This document shows positions 24,601-37,696 of a DNA stretch of 64,000 nucleotides, piece by piece; within the stretch, counting starts at the first letter, position 1, and each line of letters starts with the position of its first letter. The notes beneath the pieces were generated by a model. It was not told the DNA's origin and made no database searches. It saw nothing but the letters and a program-made list of their open reading frames with translations. The DNA comes from Felis catus (lineage: Eukaryota). Location: the NCBI RefSeq assembly GCF_018350175.1, contig NC_058369.1, positions 1,862,001 through 1,926,000 on the forward strand, read 5' to 3'. The translations under genes were made by a program, and so were the position numbers.

Positions 24601-25994
24601 ATTTTTTTATATATATATGAAATTTATTGTCAAATTGGTTTCCATACAACACCCAGTGCTCATCCCAAAAGGTGCCCTCAATACCCATCACCCACCCTCT
24701 CCTCCCTCCCACCCCCCATCAACCCTCAGTTTGTTCTCAGTTTTTAAGAGTCTCTTATGCTTTGGCTGTCTCCCACTCTAACCTCTTTTTTTTTTTTTCC
24801 CTCCCCCTCCCCCATGGGTTTCTGTTAAGTTTCTCAGGATCCACATAAGAGTGAAACCATATGGTATCTGTCTTTCTCTGTATGGCTTATTTCACTTAGC
24901 ATCACACTCTCCAGTTCCATCCATGTTGCTACAAAAGGCCATATTTCATTCTTTCTCATTGCCACGTAGTATTCCATTGTGTATATAAACCACAATTTCT
25001 TTATCCATTCATCAGTTGATGGACATTTAGGCTCTTTCCATAATTTGGCTATTGTTGAGAGTGCTGCTATGAACATTGGCGTACAAGTGCCCCTATGCAT
25101 CAGGACTCCTGTATCCCTTGGGTAAATTCCTAGCAGTGCTACTGCTGGGTCATAGGATAGGTCTATTTTTAATTTTCTGAGGAACCTCCACACTGCTTTC
25201 CAGAGTGGCTGCACCAGTTTGCATTCCCACCAACAGTGCAAGAGGGTTCCCGTTTCTCCACATCCTCTCCAGCATCTATAGTCTCCTGATTTGTTCATTT
25301 TGGCCACTCTGACTGGCGTGAGGTGATACCTGAGTGTGGTTTTGATTTGTATTTCCCTGATAAGGAGCGACGCTGAACATCTTTTCATGTGCCTGTTGGC
25401 CATCCGGATGTCTTCTTTAGAGAAGTGTCTATTCATGTTTTCTGCCCATTTCTTCACTGGGTTATTTGTTTTTCGGGTGTGGAGTTTGGTGAGCTCTTTA
25501 TAGATTTTGGATACTAGCCCTTTGTCTGATATGTCATTTGCAAATATCTTTTCCCATTCCGTTGGTTGCCTTTTAGTTTTGTTGGTTGTTTCCTTTGCTG
25601 TGCAGAAGCTTTTTATCTTCATAAGGTCCCAGTAATTCACTTTTGCTTTTAATTCCCTTGCCTTTGGGGATGTGTCGAGTAAGAGATTGCTACGGCTGAG
25701 GTCAGAGAGGTCTTTTCCTGCTTTCTCCTCTAAGGTTTTGATGGTTTCCTGTCTCACATTCAGGTCCTTTATCCATTTTGAGTTTATTTTTGTGAATGGT
25801 GTGAGAAAGTGGTCTAGTTTCAACCTTCTGCATGTTGCTGTCCAGTTCTCCCAGCACCATTTGTTAAAGAGACTGTCTTTTTTCCATTGGATGTTCTTTC
25901 CTGCTTTGTCAAAGATGAGTTGGCCATACGTTTGTGGGTCTAGTTCTGGGGTTTCTATACTATTCCATTGGTCTATGTGTCTGTTTTTGTGCCA
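24601..25994 (-). mobile_element. young 5'-truncated LINE-1 (L1_Fc-like): ORF2 C-terminus + 3'UTR + A tail
   Basis: stop-free ORF2 frame 25994-24834 with the Cys-rich CWRGC...HCWWEC motif; TTAAATGAA duplicated at 24592 and 25995. Confidence 0.95.
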
Positions 25995-26129
25995 TTAAAT
26001 GAATTTTTGACTTGCTGTTAATGAAATTTGGTTTCATATTGAATTTTTATCCTGGAATCTTGTTAAAAATCTTATTTTGTGACTGTCATTTTTGTTACGT
26101 CGGTGTCCCGTATATAGTTAAAAAAAAAT

Positions 26130-26342
26130 TTTTTTTTTAACGTTTATTTATTTTTGAGACAGAGAGAGACAGAGCATGAACAGGGGAGGGGCAGAGAGAG
26201 AGGGAGACACAGAATCGGAAACAGGCTCCAGGCTCTGAGCTGCCAGCACAGAGCCCGACGCGGGGCTCGAACTCAAGGCCCGTGAGATCATGACCTGAGC
26301 TGAAGTCGGACGCTTAACTAACCGAGCCACCCAGGCGCCCCC
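26130..26342 (-). mobile_element. SINEC_Fc
   Basis: Can-SINE consensus. Confidence 0.9.
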
Positions 26343-27829
26343 CGTATATACAGTTTTTAAGCTTAGGCATGAAGACCAGTGTTTGTTTTCTAGTATTGAC
26401 CTGTGTTTATTTTCTGGTGGTACCGGATCAGATCTCTAGTATAATGTTGATTAAATCAAGAGGGAGGTGCCAGGCATACCTGATTTGTACCCGATTGTTT
26501 TGGAGGAAACAGTGAGCTTCATACCGTTTTATATGATCTTTGTTCTGTTTTGAACCTTCTTTCATTGGTTCTCCTTGACCAGGTTGGGCATGTTACCATC
26601 GTTTCCCAGTGGTAAGATTTTTTACGTATGATTGCTGAATATTATAAAATGGCTTTTGACGTCTCTTGGGAGCATTACACGTAAATCACACGAATTGGTT
26701 TTAGCCTACTCTGTTGTGTAATATAGCACTAATGCAGGAAAATGCATTTGACAGATGCATTTATCATTGACAGATGACAATGCAGGAAAATGCATTGACA
26801 GACGCATTGTTCAGTTGACAGATACCTTAAAAAAAAAAACCCTCCGTGCAGTGAAATTCAGCCGTAAATGTAGAACAAGCCTTCACACGAGAAGCCCCAC
26901 TCGAAGTGAACCCCAGGCAGGCCCTCTCCCTCTCCAGGGGTAACAAATACGTAGAAGTATATGAAGACTTGTATGTGTATATTTGTGGTTCTGCCCATAG
27001 AGTTCCGTACACGCATATCGTTACGTGTGTGTGTGTAACATGTACATGTGTGTATGTTTTTTAGCGATTTAGGTATCTAACTGCAGTATAATCTGAAATG
27101 ATTAATTTTCCTGCTCTCCTCTCCTCTGCCCTGCAGCCAGTCATTCATATGTATCTATGTCAATAGCCACACGGAGATCAATGAATGACACACAAACACA
27201 CACGTCAACATATATACGTTCTTCCGAACCCGCTTGTGTGGCACATTTCCCGTAGTACGGCAACTTGATTTTCTTATTTATCATTTTCCTCCCAAGAGAA
27301 TTTAAAAGCCACGTGGTTCAGAATTCTTGTTTTGTTCAGTGCTGCAGCCCCGGTGCCCGCAGGCTCTAGGACCCAAGTAACCGCGACCTGAATACAGTTC
27401 ACTCCGCGAAAGAGCCAGAGGTGAGGTCCTCAGACAGAGCGGTCCTGCAGGGACACGGGGCTCTGCCACGAGCAGGAGCGTGAGGGCATGAGGGCAATAG
27501 GAGAGGTTCCTGTTGCCTACTCGCCTTAGTGCCCGGCAGAAGTCAGTGCATTCTTCCCACCACACTGGGAAACAGCAGTCACAACAGAGAAACCACCACA
27601 CGGTGTGTGTACGGGTGCAGGCGTTGGAGGAGTTTCGGGGATGTTACCGACCGTCCTGCATTTCCTCTACCGTGAGCCAGTTTTAATAATACCTGCTTTG
27701 CGGGGTTTTTAAGAATATCCGAGCTGATGCATACGAGGCTTTTGGCAGAATCTTTTGCATATACTGGGTTCTGCATGGCGCTTAAAAAATTAATTTCATA
27801 AAGGTGGTGGATTTGAGCCAGGTGTGCTG

Positions 27830-28930
27830 GGAGTCCCTGTCTCCATCTGCTGGGGCCGCTGTAACAAAAATGCCATAGACCAGGGGCGCGCCTGGGTGGC
27901 TCAGTCAGTTGAACGTCCAACTTCGGCTCGGGTCATGATCTCACGGTTTGTGAGTCCGAGCCCCGCATCGGGCTCTGTGCTGACAGCTCAGAGCCTGGAG
28001 CCTGCTTCGGATTCTGTGTCCCCCCCCCCCCCCCCGGGTCTCTCTCTGCCCCTCCCCAGCTTGCGTTCTGTCTCTCAAAAATAAACATTTTAAAAATAAA
28101 ATAAAATTGAGGCGCCTGGGTGGCTTAGTCGGTTGAGTGTCCGACTTTGGCTCGGGTCATGATCTCACGGTTTGTGAGTCCGAGCCCCGCATTGGGCTCC
28201 GTGCTGAGAGCTTAGGGCCTGGAGCCTGCTTCCGATTCTGTGTCTCCCTCTCTCTCTGCCCCTCCCCCACTCATGGTGTCTTTCTTTCTAAAAAATAAAT
28301 AAACATTAAAAAAATGCCACAGACCAGGCGCTTATAAACAATACACATTTGGGGGCGCCTGGGTGGCGCAGTCGGTTAAGCATCTGACTTCAGCCAGGTC
28401 ACGATCTCGCGGTCCGTGAGTTCGAGCCCCGCGTCGGGCTCTGGGCTGATGGCTCAGAGCCTGGAGCTGTTTCCGATTCTGTGTCTCCCTCTCTCTCTGC
28501 CCCTCCCCCGTTCATGCTCTGTCTCTCTCTGTCCCAAAAAATAAATAAACGTTGAAAAAAAAAATTTAAAAAAAAAATAAAATAAAAAAAAAATAAATAA
28601 ACAATACACATTTGTCTCTCACAGTTCTGGAGACCGAGAAGTCCAAGGTCAAGGTGTCTTGATGTCAGATTTGGCAGATTTCTGGCAGAATTCGTGTCTG
28701 GTGAGGACCTTCTTCCTGGCTCACAGACAGTGGTCTCCTCACTGTGTGCTCACATGGCGGGAGGGACGAGGGAGCTCTCTCGGGCCTCTTATAAGGGCAC
28801 TCACCCCACCTATGAGGACTGAAGCCTCATGGCCTAATCCCCTCCCCAGGGCCCCACCTCTCAGTACCCTCACACTAAAGTTAGGATTGAACCTGAATTT
28901 TGGAGGGCACAAAAACATTTCAGTCCGTAG
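27830..28930 (-). mobile_element. MLT1 LTR interrupted by three + strand SINEs
   Basis: gctgtaacaaaaatgccatagac resumes as acagttctggagaccgagaagtccaagg. Confidence 0.75.
28352..28600 (+). mobile_element. young SINEC_Fc
   Basis: CpGs intact, long A tail, perfect TSD ataaacaatacacatttg (28334, 28597). Confidence 0.95.
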
Positions 28931-28931
28931 C

Positions 28932-29425
28932 AGTCCCCAAGACCACCCTTAAGTTCAGAGGTCCATTAGGAGGACTCCCAGGACTCGGCACGTAGTTGCG
29001 CTCACGGCCCTGATTTATTACAGCGCGAGAGAATACAGCACCAGGTCAGCAGAGGGGAGATGTGCCTGGGGCCAAGTCCCGAGGACACCAGCCACAGGGT
29101 TCCAGGTGTCCCCTCCGGGGACATCATGCAGGATATGCTCAGTCCCTCCAGCAGCCTGGAGTGAGGGCACATGTAAATGGTGTCTACCAGGGAAGCTAAC
29201 GAGAGACTCTGGTACCGGGTCATGGAGACACCCTATGCCTAGCACGCACCAACATTCTAGACTCCCAGAAGGAAAGCTGGTCTTCAGCACAAGACATGAC
29301 TAGCATAACAAGACATAGGGAGCCTCTCCTAACAGGGTGGTGGGAAGCCTTCCCAAATACAAGTTCCTGTGAACCAGCCAAGGGCCAACCTTGGGAGCAG
29401 GACTCAGGCCTATTAAGTTAACACT
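28932..29425 (-). mobile_element. MER21/MER77-group ERV LTR
   Basis: ccccaagaccaccc...gatttattacagcg...agactcccagaaggaaagc. Confidence 0.7.
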
Positions 29426-29442
29426 TCTGAACAGTCCGTTCC

Positions 29443-29650
29443 GGGGCTCCTGGGTGGCTCAGTTGGTTGGGCGTCCGACTTCAGCTCAGGCCATGATCTT
29501 ACAGCTCGTGGGTTCCAGCCCCGAGTTGGGCTCTGGGCCGACAACTCGGAGCCTGGAGCCTGCTTCGGATTCTGTGTCTCCCTCTCTCTCTGCCCCTCCC
29601 CTGCTCATGCTCTGTCTCTCTCTGTCTCGAATAAAGACATCAAAAACAAA
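29443..29650 (+). mobile_element. SINEC_Fc
   Basis: TSD tgaacagtccgttcc. Confidence 0.9.
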
Positions 29651-30069
29651 TTTTTTTGAACAGTCCGTTCCTTTGGCCCTTGGACAAGACATCTTTACAG
29701 CAAAATTATTATCAGTGGCACCCTGTGTAGCCGAGTGAGACCAGTCTGCAGTCTTGGTTTTGGTTATGCCCTTTATGGGTCCTGACTTGTCCAGTTCAAG
29801 CAAATCCCGTTGATCATAAAGGTAAAGGTCTTAGAACATTAGGAGGCTTCATCTTCAAAATTTCTGTATTGTTTCATTTTCACCTGGCCTCAGGTGTCCG
29901 TTCTGGCATGGCACAACTCTGGCTGACTCGAGTGTCTTTCAGGGATAAGATAGCGCCCTGATGGGATATGCATTAGGCAGCCAGGTCAGCGGGTCCCCAC
30001 TGTGGACTCTGGGGTGGGGGGGCTTGCCCTGGAGTTTTCAGTGCAGCCTATTTATTATTGTTTTAGAAA

Positions 30070-30510
30070 ATATTTTTATTTATTTTTGAGAGAGAGGGAA
30101 ACAGGGTGTGAGTGGGGGAGGGGCAAAGAGGGAGGGAGCTAGAATATGAAGCAGGCTCCAGGCTCTGAGCTGTCAGCACAGAGCCCAGTGTGGGGCTTGA
30201 ACTCAAGAACCACGAGATCATGACTGCATCCGACTTTGGCTCAGGTCGTGAGTCGGACGCTTAACCGACTGAGCCACCCGGGCGCCCCAGCCTATTTTTT
30301 AAACTTTATTTATTTTGAGAGGCCGAGAGAGAAGGGGCCGGGAGGGGGGTGGGGGGGGAGGTGAATGGGGAAGGGGCAGGGGGAGACAGAATCCCAAGCA
30401 GTCCCCACGCGGTCAGCACAAAGCCCAACATGGTGCTCGAACTGACGAATCACGAGATCATGACCTGAGCCGAAGTTGGACGCTTAGCCAACTGAGCCAC
30501 CCGGGCGCCC
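30070..30510 (-). mobile_element. two tandem SINECs
   Basis: Can-SINE consensus. Confidence 0.9.
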
Positions 30511-31096
30511 TCAGTGCAGCCTATTTGAAATAACGCATTCTGGTCCTTGTTAGCAGGGATGCCTGCGGTGGTCACCTTCAGACACTTTTGTGACCCACAA
30601 CACTAGTTCGTCCACCTCACCGGTGGGGACGGCATCTGGGGGTGGTCTGTGCGGAAAGTAATGGAAATGAACAGCTTGATTTCAGATTGTCTCATTGGAG
30701 AACAAGGCCTTCATCACCGGCAACCGCGAGTGACCCAGATGGACCACCTGGAGGTTTTCGTGGGTTAGGACCTCAGACAAGTGTCCTAAGTTTGCTGGGT
30801 TCCCGGTCAGAGTCCTGTTCCTGGAGCTTGCACCTGCTTTCAGAGCAGCCCAGCGTGCAGTGAGGCTGAAACAGCCATCGCGGATACTGCGGGCCGTTAG
30901 CTTGCAGTCAAGTTCAGGCGGTTCGCAATTCCCCAAATCACCAGGGGCCTCTTTTAGCAGCAGCAGAGCTGAGACGCTGCAGGGTCAGAACTGTGTGTTC
31001 CAAGCTGCACGTGCGGTCCCTGCTCTCATCGGAGTCCACGTGACACACTGCCGGACCGTCGTCTGCGTCTAGCGGCCATCAGAAATGGGTTTTGGT

Positions 31097-31320
31097 GGGG
31101 CGCCTCGGTGGTGGTTCAGTCAGTTGAGCATTTGACTTCAGGTCATGATCTTGCAGTTTGTGGGTTCGAGCCCCGCGTTGGGGTCTGTGCTGACAGCTCA
31201 GAGCCTGGAGCTGCTTTGGATTCTGTATCTCCCTCTCTGCCCCTCCCTTGCTCACGCCCTGTCTCTCCCCCTCTCAAAAATAATAAACTTAAAAAAAAAA
31301 GAAAGAAAGAAAAAGAAGTA
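31097..31320 (+). mobile_element. SINEC_Fc
   Basis: Can-SINE consensus. Confidence 0.9.
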
Positions 31321-31724
31321 GGTTTTTGTAAGAGCTCTTCGGCAAGCTGAAAACTTGTACTTAAAATTCCCAAAGGATCTCTCCATTTAGAGATTGCCTG
31401 CTTCATTGTTTCCCTCTGGTTGTGAACCTCCGGTAGGTAAAAACTCAGTAAAAAACCTAAACTTGTTCTACCACTTAGGAGTTTAAATTCCACCCCATGC
31501 ACCAGTGGCAACAAGCAAGGGGGTCGTGTCCTGTCCACACTGTTTCCCTGCACTGATTGGGATGATTCCTTTAGCATTTATTACATTACAGGCATGTGCG
31601 TCCATTTTTATCTTACTTGCAGATGCAGTAGCCACAAAACAAAACCAATTTAAGTAAAAAAACCCACAAAACAACCTTTTCCCTTTTTCCTCATCACAAA
31701 CTTATTTGAAGCCGTTTGAGTTCT

Positions 31725-32130
31725 GTAGTGTTGCCGTAACAAGTGACCATAAACTGGGTGGCTCCAGAACTTACTCTCTCAGATTCTGGAGGCTGGAAGC
31801 CCAAGATCAAGATGGTGGAGGGTTGTGCTTCTGTGTCATCCTGGTGTCTTACGGCCTCGGGGAGCCCCGGGTGTTCTTTTGTTGGTGACAGCATAATTCC
31901 AATCTCTGCACCCCATCTTCACGTGGCTGCCGTCCCTGCGTGTCCTTGACTTTGCATTGGCATTCCCCCTTCAGGATGCCACCAGCCAGATTGGATTCGG
32001 GCCCATCCTACCGACCTTGTCTTAACTGGGTTACATTTGCAAAGATCTTATTTCCAGGGAAGGTCACATTCATAGATACCAAGGGTTAGGATTTCAGCGT
32101 ACCTTTTTGGGAGACAGCGTAACCCACGAC
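31725..32130 (-). mobile_element. MLT1 solo LTR
   Basis: cataaactgggtggct...ttctggaggctggaagcccaagatcaag...ggtcacattcatagatacc. Confidence 0.8.
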
Positions 32131-32684
32131 GAGGCCCTCGTAGTGAGTCCGGCATTTACTGGGTAACACTACAGCTGCCAGGGACGATCCCGGCTGCCAT
32201 GTGAGGGGTGGGCCGGGAGGCTGCGGCAGCCCAGCAGCAACCAGGCAGAAGGATGGGGAGAGGGTCCCTGCCCCTGTTCCCTTGGTTTATCTGAAGTTCT
32301 GCTCCAGTCCTGGAAACTGATTTAACTAATTTTTTTCTCCCAGCGCAATGCAAACTTTTCATATATTTTGCCCATCCATAGTTTACCCTTGGGAACCTGG
32401 GGGCCCTTTCTCCTCCTGCCTGGAAGAGAGAACAAAAATCCGAGACCTCACCAAAGCTGTGTTTTGTTGAAGTCTTCTCGCTCAGATAGCATGGTCCAAA
32501 GCGGCAGTATACCCAGCGCGCCAGCCCCCCTGGGGATGGACCTCTGTCACCTTTACCTCTGTCAACTCTTGATTCATGACAGGCTGCAGCTCAGCTGTCT
32601 CTCCACACCTTCTCTCCATACACATGGCTTCTGCTATGTTTCAGTGAGCCAGGGGTGTTCTAGCAGATTCCACTTCTGATGCCA

Positions 32685-33125
32685 ACTGTGTCTGGTGTCC
32701 CCCAAGACCATCCTTGTGTCCTGCGAGTAGGACCCTCGTGACTTAGCATATAGTTTTACTCATGACTGTGATCTGTTACAACAAATGGAGACACAGCAGA
32801 GCTAGCACAGGGAACAGGCACATGGGGAAAAGTGTTCTTTCCCGGTGGAGTCACACGGAGTGCGCCCAGCAGTGAGTCTTGACGACGCGGGAGGTACTGT
32901 CACGCAGGGAGTCTTGGTAGAGACCCAGCGCCCGGCATTTTGACTCCAGACTCCCAGAAGGAAGGCAGGTGTTGCGTATTAATGTGTCACGTGCACAGCG
33001 GTTTAGACACCGTGGGTGAGATCAGTCAGGCTGGTGTGAAACCTGAAACCCAGGTTCCCAGACACCAGCCTTGCCAGGAGTTGTGTCTACGAATAAAGTT
33101 AAGGCCCCTGATGGCACATTTCCTG
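32685..33125 (-). mobile_element. MER21/MER77-group ERV LTR (second copy)
   Basis: shares ccccaagacca and agactcccagaaggaa with 28932-29425. Confidence 0.65.
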
Positions 33126-34401
33126 CACACTAGGAGTGGAGATTCACTGGAAGAAGCACTACAGATAACTAAGAACAGTGCAGCTGACTCAGGGACCAGT
33201 TGCTCCCTGTGCCCGTCACGGGGATTTTCCCATTCCGCTGCTACCCTGTTGAACAGGTAAATTCTGGCAGCAGAACTGCCAACTGAGAGTATTTTCTCCT
33301 GCTCATAGATGTCAGTGGGCCGATGAACTTTTTAAAAAACCAGGGTTCAAGGGAGGCGTGCAGCTCAGTGGGTCCTGTGCTCTCAGGGGTTGGCCTGACA
33401 TGCTCACGTGCCCAGCAGGGGAGGGACAGGGGGAGGAGAGAAATTGAGAGCATGGCCTCTGGGATGATGTATGGAGGGGGGAGCTTTTACCTGTAACTTG
33501 ATATGTGGGAGGGTTTCCTTTGTAGGAAGGCACTGCCTAACCCGATCTGTTTTCATCATCAAGGGCAAATTCACTGATGGGTGTTTTTGACTTCAGTTAA
33601 CCCCCTGGTGGGATGGGACTCAACCTTATCCTCAGTACTTTTCCATGTTTCTGGTGGAAAGAGCTGCTTGTCACCAGATAACATTTGTCTGGTGGGGGTC
33701 CGGCGGGCAGTCGCACTGAGACTCGGGAGTGTGGGGAGTGAATGGATGCAGGTCTGAGTTCTCATGCCTGTTTCCTCTTCCCTGAGCTCTGACTTCTCAA
33801 CAACTTTCTATCCTATTCCTGTATGACACAAATACATAAACAGTACTTCCTCAAGAGAATTTTGTCATTTAGCCAGTAGGACCTGTCTACTTAGGGCCTG
33901 GAGTTAAGATGTTGTGGTCAGTTGGCCCCTGCTGCAAGTTGGATTCCACCAAGTCTCTCAGGAAGGAAAAGTCCCCAGTCCTTGAGTGTGTTCTTATTTC
34001 ATAAAACCTCACCCACGTTTGACCTGGGGCTTGACATGGTCCGCAACAGGGAAGGAGCGAAAGTAGTTTGTATCACAAAGGACCGATGGGTCTTAAAATG
34101 CAAATATTTGATTCATTTGGAGAGCTGTTCTGTGAATTCTCCATTGTGGTCCGAACGCTTTGGTTAAAGGAGAATGAGATTTGATGTGGTTGCAGTAAGA
34201 GTGTAAAGATAAGTTCAGTAGGGTGAGTGGTACTGTTAAACTTGTGAGGAGGATGTAAGTGTGGACAGAGTGAGAGGTCTGATGATTGAGTCATAGAGTG
34301 GATGTTGGGTGACCACAGGGTCTTGTCTGAATGTCCCGTGAATTGAATTGACTTGCTCTAGAGTCTCAACTTTCCTTCTGCACATATGTTGGGTGTTTTA
34401 G

Positions 34402-34605
<204 letters not shown>

Positions 34606-34961
34606 TAAATGTGGAAAGGGAATGCTTATTAATTAGTAAGCCAGGGTCACAACCATCAGAGAGCTAGAATCTTATAATGTCTGCATGAGAATGAGAATCT
34701 TTGTATTAAACTGATTTTTTTTTCTTTCTATAAAGCAAGCTCCCTTTGTGTCATCAGAAAATACCGATTTCATGGGTCATTAAGGAGCCCAATGAAGTTT
34801 ATGTAATCGTATGAGAATTCAACTGCCTTCGTTCAATTGCTTACCGTTTTGAGCCCTCGTACTTGTATCAGTGAAGTCCCGATACAGCTAAAGTCCTCAG
34901 TGTCATTTCAACTAACAGGTACCTTCTTCCTTTAAAACTTTTGTTCCGTTTTTGCTTTCAG

Positions 34962-35145
34962 ATGATGAGACTCAATTGAAGGCCAATGGGTCTGTTTCTC
35001 AGCAGGATGCTTATGGGAATAAAATATCCAAGGGAAACAAATTGGCAAAGTTCACCAGAAATGAATCCTGGGCCTCTGTTTTAGGGAAAATTTGGGAAGA
35101 ACTCAGCACGGAAGATCAGCCCACAAACCAGGAGAGACATCTGAG
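34962..35145 (+). CDS. ZNF555: ZNF555 exon 3 (DDETQLKANGSVSQQD...NQERHL)
   Basis: tttcAG acceptor, AG|GTGAG donor, 184 nt; phases 1/2 are consistent with the neighbouring exons. Confidence 0.92.
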
Positions 35146-35379
35146 GTGAGCTGCACTCACAAGAGAAAGCAGTATTCCAGGAGAGAATCCTAGTATGTCA
35201 TGAAATTTAAAAAGCAAAGAAAACAAGTCACCCACAGGAGCCTAGATTGAATTTGTTTACTCAGTGAGAATTTTTACAAAAAAAATTTCCTTAAATATGA
35301 TGTTGATGTTGAGTGTTAGAAACATAATTCAGTTGGAAACAATTAGGAGGAAAAGCCCATGTTTAAGAAATTGTTTTCA

Positions 35380-35913
35380 GGGAGCCTGGGGGGCTCAGTC
35401 CGTTGAGCACCCGCCTTTGGCTCAGGTCATGATCTCATGGTTCGTGGGTTCAAGCCCCTCATCGGGCTGTGTGCTGACATCTCAGAGCCTGGAGCCTGCT
35501 TCAGATTCTGTGTCTCCCTCTCTGCCCCTCCCTCCCTCACGTTCTGTGTGTGTCTCTCTCTCTCAGAAATAAGTAAACAAAAAAAGAAAAAAAGAAACTG
35601 TTTTCATCATGCCTATGGTTCAGTCTCCTCATGATATTGTTTACTCTGTTTTATCAGATAGCCTACACATTCACTGAAATTGATGAAAATGTAATCTTTT
35701 TTTTTAAACGTTTATTTATTTTTGAGAGACAGAGAGAGACAGAGCATGAGCAGGGGAGGAGCAGAGAGAGAGAGGGAGACACAGAATCCAAAGCAGGCTC
35801 CAGGCTCTGAGCTGTCAGCACAGAGCCCGACACGGGGCTTGAACTCACAAACAGTGAGATCATGACCTGAGCCAAAGTTGGACGCCTAACCAACTGAGCC
35901 ATCCACGCGCCCC
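35380..35913. mobile_element. inverted SINEC pair in ZNF555 intron 3 (+ 35380-35593, - 35698-35913)
   Basis: Can-SINE consensus in both orientations. Confidence 0.9.
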
Positions 35914-35994
35914 TAAGAATGTAATGCTGATACTTATTAGTAAATATTAAATCATTAGTCAAACTGTTGATAACATGCTTCTTCTTCTTAACAG

Positions 35995-37555
35995 AAATCC
36001 TGTGGTGGAGAGACTCTCTGAAAGTAATGGTCAGTGCAGGGAAGGCTCCAGTCAGATTCCAAATCTTAATCTGTATGAGAAAACTCTTTGCGGAGTTAAA
36101 GAGGATGAATGCAGTAAGTATGAGAAAGTCTTCGGGCGTCACTCCCTCGAGAGTCACATCACCATGCACGCTGGACACAAAGCGTATCAGTGTCAGGAGT
36201 GTGGGCGGGCCTATAGCTGTCGTGCACACCTAAGAATGCATGTGAGAACCCACAACAGAGAGAGAACCTACGCGTGTAAATTATGTGGAAAAACCTTTCC
36301 TCGTACCTCTTCCCTCAACCGGCACATAAGGATTCACACTGCTGAGAAAACCTATGAGTGTCAGCAATGTGGGAAAGCCTTCATTGATTTCTCAAGTCTT
36401 ACTAGTCATGTGAGAACTCACACTGGAGAGAAGCCATATAAGTGCAAGGAATGTGGGAAAGCCTTCAGTTATTCCTCAACTTTCCGGAGACACATGATAA
36501 CGCACACTGGAGAGAAGCCCTATAAATGTAAGGAATGTGGGGAAGCCTTCAGCTACTCCTCAACTTTTCGGAGGCATATGATCTCACACACTGGGGAGAC
36601 ACCACATAAATGTAAGGAATGTGGAGAAGCCTTCAGCTACTCCTCAGCTTTTCGGAGGCACATGATCTCACACACTGGAGAGAAGCCCTATGAATGTAAA
36701 CAGTGTGGGAAAACCTTTATTTACCTGCAGTCCTTCCGGAGACACGAAAGGATTCACACTGGAGAGAAACCCTACGAATGCAAACAGTGTGGGAAAACCT
36801 TCATTTATCCCCAGTCCTTTCGAAGACACGAAAGGACTCATGGTGGACAGAAGCCCTATGAGTGCAGCCAGTGTGGGAAAGCCTTCAGCCATCCCTCGTC
36901 CTTTCGAGGGCATATGAGAGTGCACACTGGGGAGAAACCTTATGAATGCAGTCAGTGTGGCAAAACTTTCAACTGGCCCATCTCCTTACGAAGACATCTG
37001 AGGACACACACCAGAGAGAAACCCTACGAGTGCAAACAGTGTGGGAAAGCCTTCAATTTGTCTGCTTGCTTTCGAGAACATGTGTGGATGCATCCAGGAG
37101 ACAAGTCCTATCAATGCAAGCTATGCGGGAAAGCGTTCTATTGCCACATATCCTTACAGAAACACATGAGAAGGCACACCGCAGAGAAACTCTATGAATG
37201 CAAGCAGTGCGGGAAAGCTTTCAGTTGGCCTGAACTCCTGCAGCAGCACGTGAGAACACATACCGCGGAGAAACCCTATGAATGTAAGGAATGCGGGAAG
37301 GTCTTCAAATGGCCGTCATCCTTGCCGATACATATGAGAGTGCACACTGGAGAGAAACCCTATGAATGTAAGGAGTGTGGGAAGGCCTTTAGTTGTTCCT
37401 CATCCTTAAGAAGACATGTAAGGATACACACTACCGAGAGACACTACTTATGCACTGCGGGAAATTCTGCAGATGAATTCATGCCCCATGCTTCAGAAAA
37501 TCCACACCAGGAGAGAAATCTGATAAAAGTTGTAAATATGGTACTGCCTTTGTGA
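35995..37555 (+). CDS. ZNF555: ZNF555 terminal exon, 15 C2H2 zinc fingers; spliced CDS 1875 nt = 624 aa
   Basis: taacAG acceptor, TGEKPY linkers. C-terminus LIKVVNMVLPL and finger helices match recalled human ZNF555. Confidence 0.95.
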
Positions 37556-37696
37556 GAACCCCATCAAAGTGGACCCATGGGGTGTGCATTTCCAGTTCTT
37601 TTACAGATAAAAACTTGGGTGCAGAATAGCTCTCCGAGTACTCTTAGCTTTCATACGAAAGTTTGCAAATACTATGTTTTCCCCTACATTTCAGTA

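Noticed and set aside
24834..25823. 329-aa ORF as a host gene or active retrotransposon
   Set aside because: 5'-truncated L1 ORF2 end lacking promoter, ORF1, endonuclease and RT core
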